Of a stretch of 64,000 bases of DNA, positions 1 through 13,461 are shown piece by piece. Source of the stretch: Scenedesmus sp. PABB004 (taxonomy: Eukaryota). The stretch is from contig JABVCE010000008.1 in the NCBI GenBank assembly GCA_014905635.1, forward strand, positions 868,001 to 932,000, read 5' to 3'. Within the stretch, counting starts at the first letter, position 1, and the number at the start of each line of letters is the position of its first letter. Below the pieces are notes generated by a model. It was not told the origin of the DNA, did no database searches, and was given only the letters and a program-made list of their open reading frames with translations. The position numbers and the translations under genes were made by a program.

Positions 1-1661
1 AGCCGCGGCCACGACGGCCGCGGGGTCCGCCAGCTGCTGGCTCGCGCCCGCCCCGCCCGGCGGCGGCGTCGCAGCAGCGGCGCGGCAGCGGCTGCGGCGG
101 CGGCCACGACCAGGGGGTCAGCCGCCGCGCCGCCCGCGCCCACGGGCACGCCCAGCTCTGCCGCCGCCGCAGCTGCGGCAGCCGCGGCAGCCGCGGCGGC
201 GGCCGCCAGCCCCGGCGTCGCGGCGCGCTCCTCCTCCGCCGCCGCGGCCGCCGCGGCGACCGCCAGCAGCGGCGTCGCCGCGCGCTGCATGCCGGCGGCC
301 AGCCCCGGCGTCGCGGCGCGCTCCTCCTCCGCCGCCGCGGCCGCCGCGGCGACCGCCAGCAGCGGCGTCGCCGCGCGCTGCATGCCGGCGGCCATCGCGG
401 CGGCCGCCGCTGCCGCGGCCGCGTCCCCGGCGGCGCCGCCTTGGCCCAGGAGCTCGAGCAGCGGCGGCGTGCGCGACAGCAGGCCCGCCCAGCTGCCCTG
501 CATGTCTGACAGCGCCGCCGCGAGCTGCGCGCCGCCGAGCCCCTCCGGCGTGGCCGCCCTGAAGAGCGTCGCCAGGTCAGCGAGCCCCAGGGGCGTGGGC
601 GGCCGCGCCTCGTGCAGCTGCAGCGCCGCGGCGATGCCCGGGTCCATGCCAGCGTCCCCCGCCCGGCTGGGCGGCTTGCCCCCGCCGCGGCTGGGCGGGC
701 GGTGCGGGTCGGCCGGCAGCGGCGGCAGCGGCGGCGTGCCTGCGGCGCGGCGGCGGCGGCGGCGCCGGGCAGCGGGCGGGTCGGGGAGGGTTGACCGCTC
801 GCTGCCGGCGCCGGACCCGAGGCGGGCCCGCCGCGCGAGCACCTAGCAGCGCCGCCGCTGTGCGCGCGGCGCTCACCAGAGGGCAGGCCACCAAAGAGAG
901 GCATGAGCAGCCCGCCCAGCGCGTGCTCGCTGGCCAGGCCCTGCACGAGCGGTTGGGGCTGTCCGCGCCGACCCTGCGCCACCGCGGGTGGGCGGCGGCG
1001 GGGTCAGTGCCGTTGGGCGCAGGCGGCGCGCGAGCGCGCGCCGCAGCCCCCCCCCCCCCACCTCCCTCCCAGCGCGCCGCGCCGGCCGCGCGCACCGGTG
1101 CGCCGCCACCAGCTCCTCGCCGTCGCCCGACGCGCGGCGCGGGCCGGCGCCGCCGGCCGCCCGCGCGACGGCGGCGCGCCGCAGCATCGTGGACGGGTGG
1201 TGCTGCTGCGCCCCCGGCGCCTGCTGCTCCAGCTTGACAGCCGCCGGCTGCGGCCCCGAGCCCCAGTCCGGCGGCTGCTCGCCGCCGGCGGGCCGGGCGC
1301 TGTTCTTCCGGGCCACGCTGCGCTGCACCAGCGCCGGCGGCCCGCCGCCGTTGGCGGCGGCGTGCTCGGGCCTGCCCTCGGCGCCCTCGCCCGCCTCGCC
1401 GCCCTGCCACTTGGGGTGGCCCGGCAGCACGGCCGCGGGGTGGTGGCGCCCGGCCCCGCTCGGGCCGGCCGCCGCGCCCTCGCCGCCCTCCGGCGGCTCG
1501 CCCGCGCCCGCGCCGCCGCCCGCCAGGGCGGGCAGGCCGCGGCCCCACTTCTCGGCCGCCTCGCGCGAGCGCCGCGGCGCGCCGCCGGCGCCCCGCTGGC
1601 GCTTGTTCACCTGCAGGGAGCCCTGCAGGTACAGCAGCAGCACCGGGTCAATGTCCACCAG

Positions 1662-1694
<33 letters not shown>

Positions 1695-2712
1695 GGCGCC
1701 GCCGCCGCCGGCGGCGTGCGGCGCCAGGCCGTTGCCGAGGCCCGCCCAGCCCGCGGGCGGCGCGTGCCCGCCGGCCGCCCACGCGGGCTCGCCGCCGCCG
1801 CCGCCGCCCTGCGTGCCCTCGCCGGACAGCGCCGACGGCGGGCGCAGCCCCGCCGACATGGCCGCCAGGTTCTCCGCCGCGACGAGCGCGCCGCTGCTGC
1901 CGTGCGCGGCGGCGAGGCCCTTGCCGCCGCCGGGCCCCGGGCCGCGGCTGCTGCCCAGCTGCTCGCCCTCCGCCGGCGCGCCGCCGGGCACGTCCACGCG
2001 CAGCGCGGGCGGCAGCGGCAGCGCGGGCGTGTGCATGCCGCTCCCCGGGTAGGCGTCGTAGCCCAGCTGCCCCCCCGCGTCGTACGCGCCCCCCGCCTCG
2101 GCGAGCAGCCACGAGTGCAGCGGGTGCGGCATGCCCAGCCCCGGCGTGAAGCGCCCCGGCAGCGCGCCGACGTCGACGCCGCCCGCGGCCGCGGCCGCGG
2201 CCGCGGCCGGGCCCAGCAGGCCCGCGAGCGGGCCGCCCGCGCCCGCCGCCGCGACCGCGGCGGCAGCCGCCGCGTGCGCCGCCGCGGCGGCCGCCGCCGC
2301 CGCGGCCGAGCTGGCGTCGCCGGCCGCGGAGCGCCGCCGCGCGCGTGCGCCGCCGCGCTTGGGCTGCTGCTGCAGCCCCAGCTGGCACTTGAGGCACACA
2401 TAGTGCAAGAAGTCATACGCGTGCGTCGCGGGGTCGGCCTCCTGCGCGCGGCGCCGCGGGCGTGCGGTGTGTCAGCGCGGGTGCCGGCGCGGCGCGCCGG
2501 CAGGTGTCGGCGCGCGGCGCGCGCCGCACCATCTGCGCCTGCAGGCACTGCGTGTGCGCCCAGGCCTTGCAGCTCTCGCACTCGATCATGAGCTGCCCGT
2601 CGTCGTGGTCCACGCCGCACGCGCACTCGACCACGTAGGCATCGTCAAACTCAGTCGCGTCGCTGCTCGACCCAGACGGCGCCGCGCCGCGCCCGCCAGG
2701 CGCCGCGCCGCC

Positions 2713-2743
<31 letters not shown>

Positions 2744-3607
2744 CCGGCGCGAGCGCCAGAGCGCGGCGGGCTGGGGGCGCGAGCGCGGCGCGGCGCGCTC
2801 GCCGCCGCTGCGCTCGGCGCCGCGCTCGCCGCCGCTGCGCTCCGCGCCGGCGGCGCGCTGGCCGCCGCTGCTGCCGTAGCGCCGCCGGTCGTAGATGCCT
2901 GCGGCCGCGGCCGCGGCGGCGGCGGCGCGGCCGGTCGGACCGCTGCGCCCCGCGCGGCCGCCCAGCCCGCTGCGCGCCGCGAGGGCGGGCCTGCCGCGGC
3001 GCCCTGCGTGCGGCGCGCTGCGTGCGGCGCGCTACGTGCGGCGCGCTGCGCGCACCGAAGCGCCGGTCCTCGTTGGCGCCGCCCTCGCCGGGCGGGTTGG
3101 AGCGCCGCCGCTTGCGGCCGCCGCCGGGGCCGCGGCTCTCGCTCTCGCAGCCAATCTCCCAGCTGTCGTCGTCGTCCGGCGGCGCCTCCAGGTCGGAGAA
3201 CGTGCGGCGCTTGACGGCGCGCGCGCTCTTGCGCTTGGGCAGCGGGACCTCCTCGCTGCCGGCCGGCAGCTCCGCGTCCTGCGCGGCGCGGCGAGAGGGG
3301 CGCGGTCAGCCGCTGCCGCCGCCGACGCGGGCGCCCTCGCTGCGCGCTCGGCCGCCGCCGCCGCCACAGTGCCCCGCAGCCCGCACCTCGTCCGTGTCCG
3401 GCTGCTCCTGCTGCGCGCGCGCCCGCGCGCCCGACCGGCCCCCGCCGGACGCTCCAGCGCCTCCCCTGCGGACGGGCGGCGGGCAAGAAATTGGCGGCCG
3501 CACGGCCGTGCGCGCCCCCCGCCCCGCGCGCCGGCGCCGCCGCCGCCCGGCCGCCGGGCCCCCGCGCCCGCCCCGCGCCGGCGGCCGCGCACCGCTGCCC
3601 GCGCGGC

Positions 3608-3639
<32 letters not shown>

Positions 3640-4166
3640 CGCGGCGGCGGAGGCGGCCGCGCTGTGCTTCTTGTGCCACGGCCCGCTGGTCTTGGGCTGC
3701 AGCTCCAACGTCTCATCGGGCGTGATGTGCCGGAACTTGACCAAGTTCCGCCACTTGTCCTTCAGCTGCACGCCCGTGCGGTGCCTGCGCGCGGCGCGCG
3801 GGGCGCGCGGGGCGAGGCGGGCCGCGTCGGCGTCGGCCCGCCGCCCGCCGCAGCAGGCGCCCGCGGCGCCGGGCCGGCGTCGCGCGGCGCGCCCGCGGCG
3901 CCGAGCCGCGCGGGGCTCACAGCAGCACGCTGTACTCGGTGTCCGTGCGGATGCGCTCCCACGCGCCCAGGCCGTGCTTCTTCACGCCCGCCTTGAGCGC
4001 CGCCTCCTCCGCCGGCTCCCAGACCCGGTACTCTCTGCCCGGGCGAGCGGGGTCGCGCGCGGCGCGAGCGCGCGCGCGGCGTCGGCGGCGGCGGCGGCGG
4101 CGCCGGTGCCGGTGCGCGCGCGCGCGGTGTGGCGCCGCACCTGCTGTTGTTCCCCTGCTTGCCCAT
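1..4166 (-). CDS. Telobox (TRF/TRB-type) Myb domain + PHD finger protein, multi-exon, runs off window start
   Basis: ATG 4166 (MGKQGNN). Exons give YRVWEPAEEAALKAGVKKHGLGAWERIRTD..GVQLKDKWRNLVKF (telobox LKDKWRN). PHD: VECACGVDHDDGQLMIECESCKAWAHTQCL..YVCLKC. Ala/Gly-rich frame continues to base 1. Confidence 0.8.
208..393. repeat. 93-bp tandem duplication (2 copies), in frame in the Myb-PHD gene
   Basis: 208-300 is repeated at 301-393; on the minus strand it encodes [30 protein letters not shown] twice. Confidence 0.9.
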
Positions 4167-4956
4167 CGCGGCGGCGGCGGCCGCCGCAGCGCGGGCGCGC
4201 CGGCGGCGCCGCCGGCGAGGCCCGCCGCGCGTGCGACCCCTGCGCGAGCGCGGAGGCGCGGGGCGTGAGGTGCGGAGCAGGAATGCGTCTGAAGAGTGAG
4301 CCGCCCACCCCATGCGCTGCGTGGCGTGAGCCGGGCGTGAGTGTGGGCGTGCGATGCTGCTGCCCTGCTGCCGCCGGCTCGCGCGGCCAGCGCGGCCAGC
4401 TCAGCCCGCGAGGCGGCGGCACGCGCGTTCGCGCGCCTCCTCGGATTGCGCGGCGCGCGCTCGGCGCAGCGCCGGCCGGACAACCCTACTGCGCAACGGC
4501 CGCCCGTCGCGCCCGCGCGCCGCTCGCGTCTGCGCCGGGCAATGCTCAGTCCGCTGGTGCGCTGGGGCGCACCTCAGCCGCCGCGCTGCGGGTGGGCTCG
4601 CATGCTGCTGCCGGCGCGCGCGAGCTGTGCTGTGGCGCCGCCTGGCTGCGACGGCCCGCTCCCGATGCTCGCGTCCAACAGCGCGCGCCGCGGCCGAGCT
4701 GTTGGCGATCGGGCGCGCAGCAGCAGCCCGCCCCAAACCCCAGCCGGAATCCTTGCTTGTTTCGAGTCGAGCTCACGCCAGGGATACCGCGGAGCTGCGT
4801 GCCACCCGCCCGTGACAAGGCCGCGCGCCGCCGCGCCGCGCGCCGCCCGCCCGCGCCGCGCGCCGCCGCGCCGCCCGCCCGCCCGCGCGCCGCCCGCCCG
4901 CCCGCCCGCCGCCCGCGTGCTGTGCCGCCCGCGCCGCGGTCTCGGCGCGCTGGCCC

Positions 4957-7900
4957 TCAGCTCAGCTCGTCCCAGGGGATGGCGGCGGCGACGCGGGTGA
5001 TGTTGGTGGCGAGCTGGTCGCCGAGGCCGCCCCCCTTGCCCGCCACGATAGCGAGCAGGTCCAGCAGCATCGCTTCGTTGCCCAGCACCTCCACGTGCGT
5101 CGACGCGCCGGGGCCGCCCCTGCGGCGCGGCGGCGCGGGCGCGCGCATCGCCCGCTGCGCCCACGTGCTTCGAAGCTGCCGCGCGCCGACCCAGCCTGCG
5201 CAGCGCCGCACCGCGTGTCCTTCAGCGTCACCGGCCCCGGCGCGTGCACATACTCGCGCACCGTCACCGCCGCGCCCGCGGGGTTGAGCCGCCGCGTGCG
5301 CCACCCGCCCGCGCACATCGCGCCGAGGGAGAGCAGCGGCACCGTGCCGTCGCCGTCCGCCAGCTGGACGCCCGAAAGCTGCGGCGGCGAGCACGCACGG
5401 GCGTCGGGCGCCGGCGCCCGCCCGCCCGCGCGCCGGCTCCAGCGGCTGCTGACGCTGCGTGTCTGGCCGGTCGGGCAGGGCTGGCTCCGCGAGCGCCCCG
5501 CTGCCGCGGCGCCCCGCGCCGCCCCGCCGCACCAGGCCCGAGGCTGGCTCGTTGACCATGTTGTTCACGCTCCACTCCACGCCGCCCGCGCGCTTGGTCT
5601 TAAGGTAGTGGTACCTGATGGCGGCGGCGGCGGGGGAGCAGCAGGCGGGGGAGCAGCAGGGTTGGGGCGCAGGCGGGGGAGCAGAGGCGGGGGCGCAGAG
5701 GCGGGGGCGCGGGCGGGGGAGCAGCAGGGGTGAGGGGAGCAGGGGTGACGGGGGGCAGCGCGACGGCGCGGCGCGAGGTGGCGCCCAACCATGCGCGCCG
5801 CGGCGCGCGCGGCCGCGCGCGAGGCCAGCCGCGCGCCGCACCCGCGCTCGGTGGGGGCGCCGACGCCGTACATGCAGAACAGCTTGAAGCTGGGCGCGGC
5901 CGGCAGCGGCGTGGCCACCGGGTTGACCGGCTGCGGCTGCGCGCGGCGGCGGCGCAACGCGGCGCGGGCGAGGCGGCGGGGAGGAGGTCAGGCCGGCGCA
6001 CATGCTTGCGCGGCCGCGCGCGGCGCCCCCCGTGCGGCGGGCCCGCCCCTCGCGCGCGGGCGCGCGCACCCAGGGCCTGCCGTCGGGCGCGACGTCGGGC
6101 GCGTCGCTCTCGGCCGCCGGCGCCGCGTCGTCGGGCTCCTCCGCCGCGGCCGCCGCGGCCGCCGCCGCTTCGCCGCTCGCGGCGCAGCCGCAGCTGGCGG
6201 CGGCGCCGGCGTCGGCGTCGCAGCGCCCCGCGTACGCGCCCGGCTGGCTGGGGTCGACGGCGCAGCGCCTGCGCCGCGCCGCGGCGGCCACGCGCCGGTG
6301 GTGCGCGAGCACGCCCGAGAGGTCGAGCTCGCGCGCGGCGGAGCTCCAGCGCAGCAGGTTGAGCGTGAACTGCTGCCCCGCGGTCGCGGCGAGGCTGGCG
6401 ATGGCGCTGCCCACGTCCAGGAAGCGGACCTGGCGGCGGCGCCAGCAGCGGCTCGGGCGCGCACGTCGGCGCGGCGCGGCGCGGGCGCGCGCGCGGGGCC
6501 CTGCGCGCCCCGCGCCTGTGCCCACCTGCTGCTCCTGCTTGCCCTCCGAGTCCGCAGCCTCAGCCTCCGGGGCGTCAGAGGGGGCCTCGCCCTCTGCCTG
6601 CTGCGCCGGCTGGTCATCGTCGTCGTCGTCGTCGTCCCTGTGGCGGCGAGCGGCCGCCGTCGCTCGCCCGCGCGCGTCCGCGGGCGGCCCCCGCAGGCCG
6701 GCCGGCGCCGCCGCTGCCGCCGCCGCCGCGTGCGCGCCTGTCGGCGGCCGCGCCGAGGGAGGTGATGACCTTGCTCCACCCGCTGAGCGTGGTGGTCAGC
6801 AGGCGCAGGCTGTCGCCCGAGACGAGGCTCGAGTCGTTGCGGTTCACCGCCTCGCGCAGCTGCGCGTCGCGCGAGCGCACCAGCGCGATCAGGCCGCTGC
6901 GGCCGCGGGCGGGCGCCGGCGCGGCGCGGGCGGACGTTGGCGACGGCCGCGCCGCGCGGTCGGCGAGCGCCGCGCGCCGGCGGCGGTCCGGCGCCGGCCC
7001 CCACCTGGCGACGGGCGGCGGGGCGCCGCTCGCGCGCCCGCCCTGCCGCACATCTCACCCGTACGAGCGGCCCGCCTTGATGATCTGCTCGTCATCGTCC
7101 GGCGCGTGCGTGGCGTTGCCCCACACCTTTGGCCCCCCGACGGGCAGCATCGACAGCACGCTGCCCCAGGTGCGGAACAGCTGCCGCGGCGGGCGCGGGC
7201 GCGGGCGCGGGCGCGCTCGTGGCGTGATCCGAGGGACGCGCCCGCCGCCCCGCGCGCGAGCGCGAGCTCGCTCCGCCCGTCCCGCCGCACCTGGGCCCTG
7301 CTCTGCTTGCCCAGGTACTGCTCCACCAGCACCGCCAGCCCAGCCATCATGTCGACCGTCTCCCGCGTCTCGCCTGGCGCGCGGCGCGGCGATATCGCGG
7401 GGCGCCGTCGCGTGTTGCGGCGCCGCGCCCCGCCGCCGCGGCCGGGCCGCGCGCGCGCGGCGGCGCCGCCGCGAGCGCCGCCGCCGCGGCGGCGCGGCGC
7501 ACCCGAGAGCAGCGGCGAGAGCGCCTTTGGCAGGCCGAGCACGGGGCCTGCGAGGTTGACGTAGCCGCCGAGGTGGGCCTCGACCCACCCCGGCGCGCCG
7601 CGCTCAACCCAATCCAGGAAGGAGAGTGTGACGAGGGCGCCGTAGGAGTGTGAGACCAGGTAGGGCTTGATGCCGCCGCTGAGGCGGCCCTGCAGCTCGA
7701 GCTCCTGGCGCAGGCGCGTGAAGTAGCCGTCGCGCGACTCCATGAGCGGGATGGGCAGCCGCCAGTCGTACGGCACCGCGACCTGGCGGCGCGGCGGCGC
7801 GGCAGGCGGGCAGACGCCACGGGCGGGCGCGCGCCGTGGGCGCGGCGCCGTGCGCGCCGCGAGGCTGTCGCGGCGCGGCCGCGGGCCAGCTGTGGTGCCA

Positions 7901-9270
7901 CGTAAGGCGGCGCGGCCGCGCGGCAGCGGCGCGCGGCGCACGAGCTGGTTGTTGTCGTAGCCGATGTCAGCCAGGCTCTGCACGAGCTTGCTGAACACCT
8001 GGGCCGCGCGCGCGGGGTCACGGGGAGGCCCCTGAGCGCCCGCCGCGGGCGGCGCGCTGCGCTGCGCTGCGGCGCGGCCGCCCCCCGCGCGGGGCGGCCG
8101 CCGCCCCTGCACAGCTGCGCAGGGGGCGCTCACCCAGTAGCCGGGCACGAAATAGTCCACCGCCTCGAGCGCCTTGGCCGCGCGCAGCTTGATGCCCGGC
8201 GGGTCGCCGCCTGCGGCGATGGGACGCACGGCGCGCGGCGCGGTCGTGGGTGTGGCGCGGGCGGCTGCCGCGCCCGCGCCCAGCCTCCTCTGCCTCGGCG
8301 CGCGCTGCCCTGCTGCGCCCGCCCGCCACGCGCGCGCGCGCGCACAACACAAGGGCCCCTGCCCGCCCGCCCGCCCGCCCGCCCACCTGTGCGGGGGTTG
8401 AGCTTCATGTGTCGCATCCAGCACGCGCGGTCGGCCAGCAGCGTCTGCGCCATGCTCAGCGTGCCCCACATCCTGCCGCGGCCCGCACCGCGGCGGCGGC
8501 GCCGGCGGCGGCGCCGGCGGCGGCGGCGCGTCGGCGCGCGGTGCAGGCGCGGCGGCGGCGCGCGCTGCGCCCGACCCGCCCCGCCCCGCCGCGCACCGCT
8601 GCCTGAAGTACCCCGCCGCGCACGGCTCGCCCGCCCAGAGCTCCAGGCCCGACGTCACAAAGCCTGCCGCGGCGGCGGGCGGCGCACGCAGCGGCCGGTC
8701 GGTCGGCGGCGCGCCATCACTGTTTGCCGCTCGTGCCGCTCCCGGCGGCGTGCCGGGGGCTAGGGTTGCGGGGTTTCAGCGCGCACCGGGCACAATGACG
8801 ACCGGGTGGTGCGCGCGCAGGCCGGCCTTGGCGGCGAGCTGCCCGGGGCGGGGGCCGTCGTCGCCGATCATGCTGCTCACGGTGTCGCTCAGGTTGGCCA
8901 GGCGCTCCAGGAAGCCGTCGAGCTGCACGTCAAAGTGCTCCGACTGCGGCGGCAGACCGCGCGCGGGTGTTGGTCGCGGGGCCGCGGCGGGCGGCGCAGC
9001 GCGGCGGGGGCGCGGCGGGCGGCGCGGCGCTGCGACGCACCAGCGTGGAGTTGAGGCGGCTGACGCTGTCGCTCACGGCGGCGCGCAGCCGCTCGTCCTG
9101 CGCGGCCTTGGGCACGCCCACGGCCAGCAGGACGACCCCGGCCACCGCGGCGGTCCAGAGCGCCAGGCCCAGCAGCTTGCGCTTGCGCCTGCCGTCTGCG
9201 CTGCGGGCGTGCGGCGCGCCCGCGCCGCCGGGCTGCTGCTCCTGCGCTGCAGCGGCAGCAGCGGCGCGCT

Positions 9271-9302
<32 letters not shown>

Positions 9303-9325
9303 TTGGCCTTCACAGCGGCCGTCAT
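4957..9325 (-). CDS. PDAT: Phospholipid:diacylglycerol acyltransferase (LCAT family), multi-exon
   Basis: N-terminal TM (LLGLALWTAAVAGVVLLAVGV), HPVVIVPG/FVTSGLELWAGEPCA, DPPGIKLRAAKALEAVDYFVPGYW, PYDWRL, nucleophile motif VSHSYG, CMYGVGAPTERG, GDGTVPLLSLGAMC, HVEVLGN. Confidence 0.9.
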
Positions 9326-9626
9326 GCCCCCGCCCCAGATCCGGCGCCGCGAACGGCCCCGTCGGGCGCTGCCGGCGTGGCCGACGACGAGCGCGGCGGC
9401 AGCGGCCGGCGCGTGCGCTGCGGGCGCCGGTGCAGCAGCTGCTGCGGGTGCGGCTACTGCGACGACCGCGGTGTTTGTGGCGCGTGAACGAGGGCTCGGC
9501 AGCGGCGGTCGTCGCAGGGCGCAGCAGCAGAGTTTTTGCAGTGTTCGAACACCCCTGGCCGCTGGCACCCCCCAGCCCGCCCACATCCCCACCCTCGTCG
9601 CTCCCAGCCGGGACCCAGCCGCAGAC

Positions 9627-11091
9627 ATGGCGCTGGCGGGCGCGGCGCAGCGCGCCGGCGTGCGGCCTGCCCGGCCGGCGGGCCGGCGGCCGCTGGCGGT
9701 GCGCGCGGTGCTGGCGACGCCGCTGACGGCCAAGGAGAAGCAGAGCGAGGTGGCCAGCCTCAAGTCCTGCGCGCTCATCACGGCCATCAAGACCCCGTGA
9801 GCGCTGCTGCTCGCCAGCCGGGGCCCCCGGGCGCGCTGCGGGGGCCCGGGCGGGCGCAGGAGCGCGCCGGCAGCGCCCCGCGCCCGGCAGCCGCCTGCGG
9901 GGACCGACCACGGGCGCGGCGCGGCAGCAGCCGGCGGCAGCGGCGCGCCGGCGGCGACACCGCCGGCGGTGCCGCCGGCGCGCGGGCAGCGGCGCGCCGC
10001 GCCTGGCCAGTCCCGGCAGCGGCGTGGGGCCGCCCGGCAGCGCGGGCGCCAGCTGGCAGCGCCGCGGCGCCGCGGCGCCGAGGGTACCGCTCGCGGCGCC
10101 GGCGCCGCGGCGCCGCGCGCCGGCCTCCCCGCGCGCCGCGCGCCGACCTCCCCGCGCGCCGCGCCGACCTCCCCGCGCCGCCCGCCTCTCCGCCCGCGCC
10201 GCGCCCGGGGCACCCAGGTACCTGCCCAACGGCAAGTTTGACCTCAAGGCGTACGACCGGCTGCTGGACCTGCAGGTCGCGCACGGCGTGGAGGGCGTGA
10301 TCGTGGGCGGCACGACGGGCGAGGGCCACCTGATGTCGTGGGACGAGCACATCATGCTCATCGCGCACACGGTCAACGCGTACGGCGACCGCCTCAAGGT
10401 CATCGGCAACACGGGGTCCAACTCGACCGGCGAGGCGCTGCACGCGACGGAGCAGGGCTTTGCGGTCGGCATGCACGCGGCGCTGCAGATCAACCCCTAC
10501 TACGGCAAGACCTCGCTGCCCGGCCTGCGCGCGCACTTTGGCGCGGTGCTGGGCGAGGGGCCCGCGATCATCTACAACGTGCCCGGCCGCACGGGGCAGG
10601 ACATCCCGTCGTCGCTCGTCGACGAGCTCGCGGCCCACCCCAACTTCCTGGGCATGAAGGAGTGCACCGGCAACGCGCGCATCGGCGGCTACACGAGCGG
10701 CGGCGTCAACGCGTGGAGCGGGAACGACGACGAGGCGCACGACGCGCGGCACGGCGCGGGCGCGGCGGGCGTGATCAGCGTGACGTCAAACCTGCTGCCC
10801 GGGCTCTTTGCGCGCATGATGGCGGGGCCGGAGCCGGAGCTCAACGCGAGCCTGCAGGAGCTCATCGCGTGGCTCTTCTGCGAGCCCAACCCCATCCCGC
10901 TCAACACGGCGCTGATGATGTGCGGGCTCGTGCGCCCCGTGTGGCGCCTGCCGTACGTGCCGCTCGAGCGCGCGCAGCGCGAGCGCGGCGCGGCGCTGCT
11001 GCGCGCGGTGCAGGAGCACATCCCGGGCTGCACCGAGGTGCGCGTGATGGAGGATGACGAGTTCATGCTCGTCGGCAGCGCGCACAAGTAG
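9627..11091 (+). CDS. dapA: 4-hydroxy-tetrahydrodipicolinate synthase (DHDPS), plastid-targeted, 2 exons (9627-9796, 10218-11091)
   Basis: Transit-like N-terminus, [52 protein letters not shown] (Schiff-base Lys), [15 protein letters not shown]. Confidence 0.95.
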
Positions 11092-11530
11092 AGGCGCCCA
11101 GGCGGCGACGCGGCCACACGGCCCCGCCGCGCGCGCGGCGGCCGCCGGCGCTGCAGCGGCAGCGGCCGGCGGGCCGCGCGCGCGGCGGGCGGGCGGGGCG
11201 GGGGGAGGGAGGGGGCTGCAGAGAGGAACAGGCGCGGCCGGGGCGCCGCCGCCGCGCGTGAGTTGGTGTTGTGCGTTGAACGCTGGCAGCGTTGCCCTTC
11301 ACCAGCACAGCGCCGGCCGGCGCCGGCGGCGGCCGCACTCTGTGTACATTAGAGCCTGCTTGTGACTGCGGACTGCAGGTCAGCCTCATTCGGGCGCTCG
11401 CTCCGCTGCTGCTGGCGGCCGCCGTCACTGCCGTCAACGGCAGCGCACGTAAGGTCTTTGTTGCCCGAGCTCCCCCGCTCTCTCTCCTGGCAGCGCGTCT
11501 CGCGCCCCGCTCCCGCGCCCTGCGCCCCTG

Positions 11531-13461
11531 TCAGCCCTCGCACGCCGCCACGTCCTCCAGGCCCGCCAGCAGCGCGTCGTCCTCGTCGCCGCCATCGTCG
11601 CCCTCGGTCAGCCAGCCCTGCGGCAGCACCACGCGCGCGCGCGCCCCGCCGCCGGCCTGGCCCGCGCCCTTGAGCCGCGCCACGCGCAGCGCGGCGGCGG
11701 GGAAGGGCTCCGCGGGGTCGTAGCCCCAGCGCCCCGGGTCGCCGACGACCGCCTGCCATTCGTCGACGCGGGTCGCCGCGAACAGCGCGCCCCTGAGCCG
11801 CACCGCGCTGGTGAAGCCCGCGGTGTAGCAGGGGATGAGCTTGCGCATCTTCAGCACCGCGCCGCTGCGGCAGCCAGCAGTGGCAGCGGCGGCGTGGGGC
11901 GAGGTGGGGCGAGGTGGGGGCGCGAGCTCCTGCTGGGCCGCAGGGCTGCAGGGCGCCGCTGGTCACCAGCGCGCGCGGGCCCACGCAGCGCACGCGCACT
12001 CACAGCTCGTCCGCGTCCCACTCCGCCCAGGCCTGCAGGTGGCCCAGCGCGAGCGACAGCACCTCTCCCAGCGCCGGCGGCGCGCGCTCGGGCCAGCGCC
12101 CCGCCAGCATCGCGGCGGCCTCGCTGAACAGCCACGGCCGGCCCAGCGCAGCCCGCCCGATCGCGACGCCTGGAGGCGCGCGGCGGCGGCGGCGGCGGCG
12201 GCGGCCATGGCGGCGGCGGCGCGCGCTCAGGCCCGGCCTCGCCTCGTCTCCCCCAGGGCGCCGCAGCAGCGCTGCGCCGCCGCCGACCTCGGGCGCCGGT
12301 GTCGCGCAGCATCGCCACCGCGTCGGCCGCCTCAAACACGTCGCCGTTGCCGATGACGGGTACGGGCACCGCCGCCGCGAGCGCCGCGACCGCGTCCCAC
12401 TGCGCGGGCGGGGAGTACTGCTGCGCCGCGGTGCGCGCGTGAAGGATGATGCCGGCCGCGCCCTCGTCCGCGGCGATGGCCCCCGCCTGCGCCGGCGGGC
12501 GCGTCGTGGGGCGGGCGCGCTGCCGTCGTGCGCCGCCCACGCGCCCCAGGCCTGCCCAGGCCTGCCGCGCCTGCAGGTACGTCAGCAGCGCGTCGTCCAG
12601 GCCCAGCCGCAGCTTGACCGTCACGGGCACGCCCCCCGCCGCGCCCACCGCGGCCGCCACCAGGCGGCGGAAGAGGCGCGGGCGCAGCGGCAGCGCGCTG
12701 CCGCCGCCCCTGCTCGTTATCTTGCGCACGGGGCAGCCGTAGTTCAGGTCCACGTGCGCCACGCCGCAGTCGCCAACCAGGTGCCTGCGCGCGCGGCGCG
12801 GCGGGGCGGCCGCAGGCGGCCGCCGCGGCGGTCAGGGCCGAGCGAGGAAACCACCGGCTGCACAGTCGCACAGTCGCGCCCGCGCGTCGCCCGGCGCCGC
12901 ATGCCGCGGTGCGCTGCCGCCCACCTGACCGCCCAGTCGATGCTGTCGGGCCTCACGCCGTAGAGCTGGCAGCTCCGCACCGCCTCGTCGGCGTGCCAGC
13001 GCGCGAGGTGGCGGCTCGCGGGCGCGCCGGAGCGCAGCGTCGAGGCGATGACCATCTCGCTCACCGCCAGCCCCGCGCCGGCGGCCTGCGGCGACGCGAC
13101 GCGCGCGCGGCGGCTGGGCAGTCCTCCGGGCGCGCGCCGCCTGGTGTGGCGCTGGCGCCCCTGGTGGTGGTGGTGCGCTGAGCGTGCTGAGCGCGCTGAG
13201 CGCCCGCACCTGGTACATGAGCCGCAGCGGCGCTGCAGTGAGCCCCGCCATCGGCGCGGCCAGCAGCGGCACCTGCGGGTCGGCGGCCGAGCGTCGGCGG
13301 CCGCCCGGCGTAGCACCGCCGCCGCGTGCTGTGCTCAAACTGCCGCGCACCTTGAGCTCCAGGCTTCTCAGCCGGAGCGGTGGCATCTGCTGGGGCGCCA
13401 CGCTCCGTCTGGCCTCCGACACCAGGACGTGCCTCGGCGGCGGCCCAGCGCCGGGCAGCAT
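11531..13461 (-). CDS. tRNA-dihydrouridine synthase (DusB/NifR3-like), multi-exon; start approximate
   Basis: LAAPMAGLT, VSEMV, CQLYG, HVDLNYGCPVRKITSRGGGSAL, VTVKLRLG, LHARTAAQQY, PVIGNGDV, AIGRAALGRPWLF. Confidence 0.88.
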
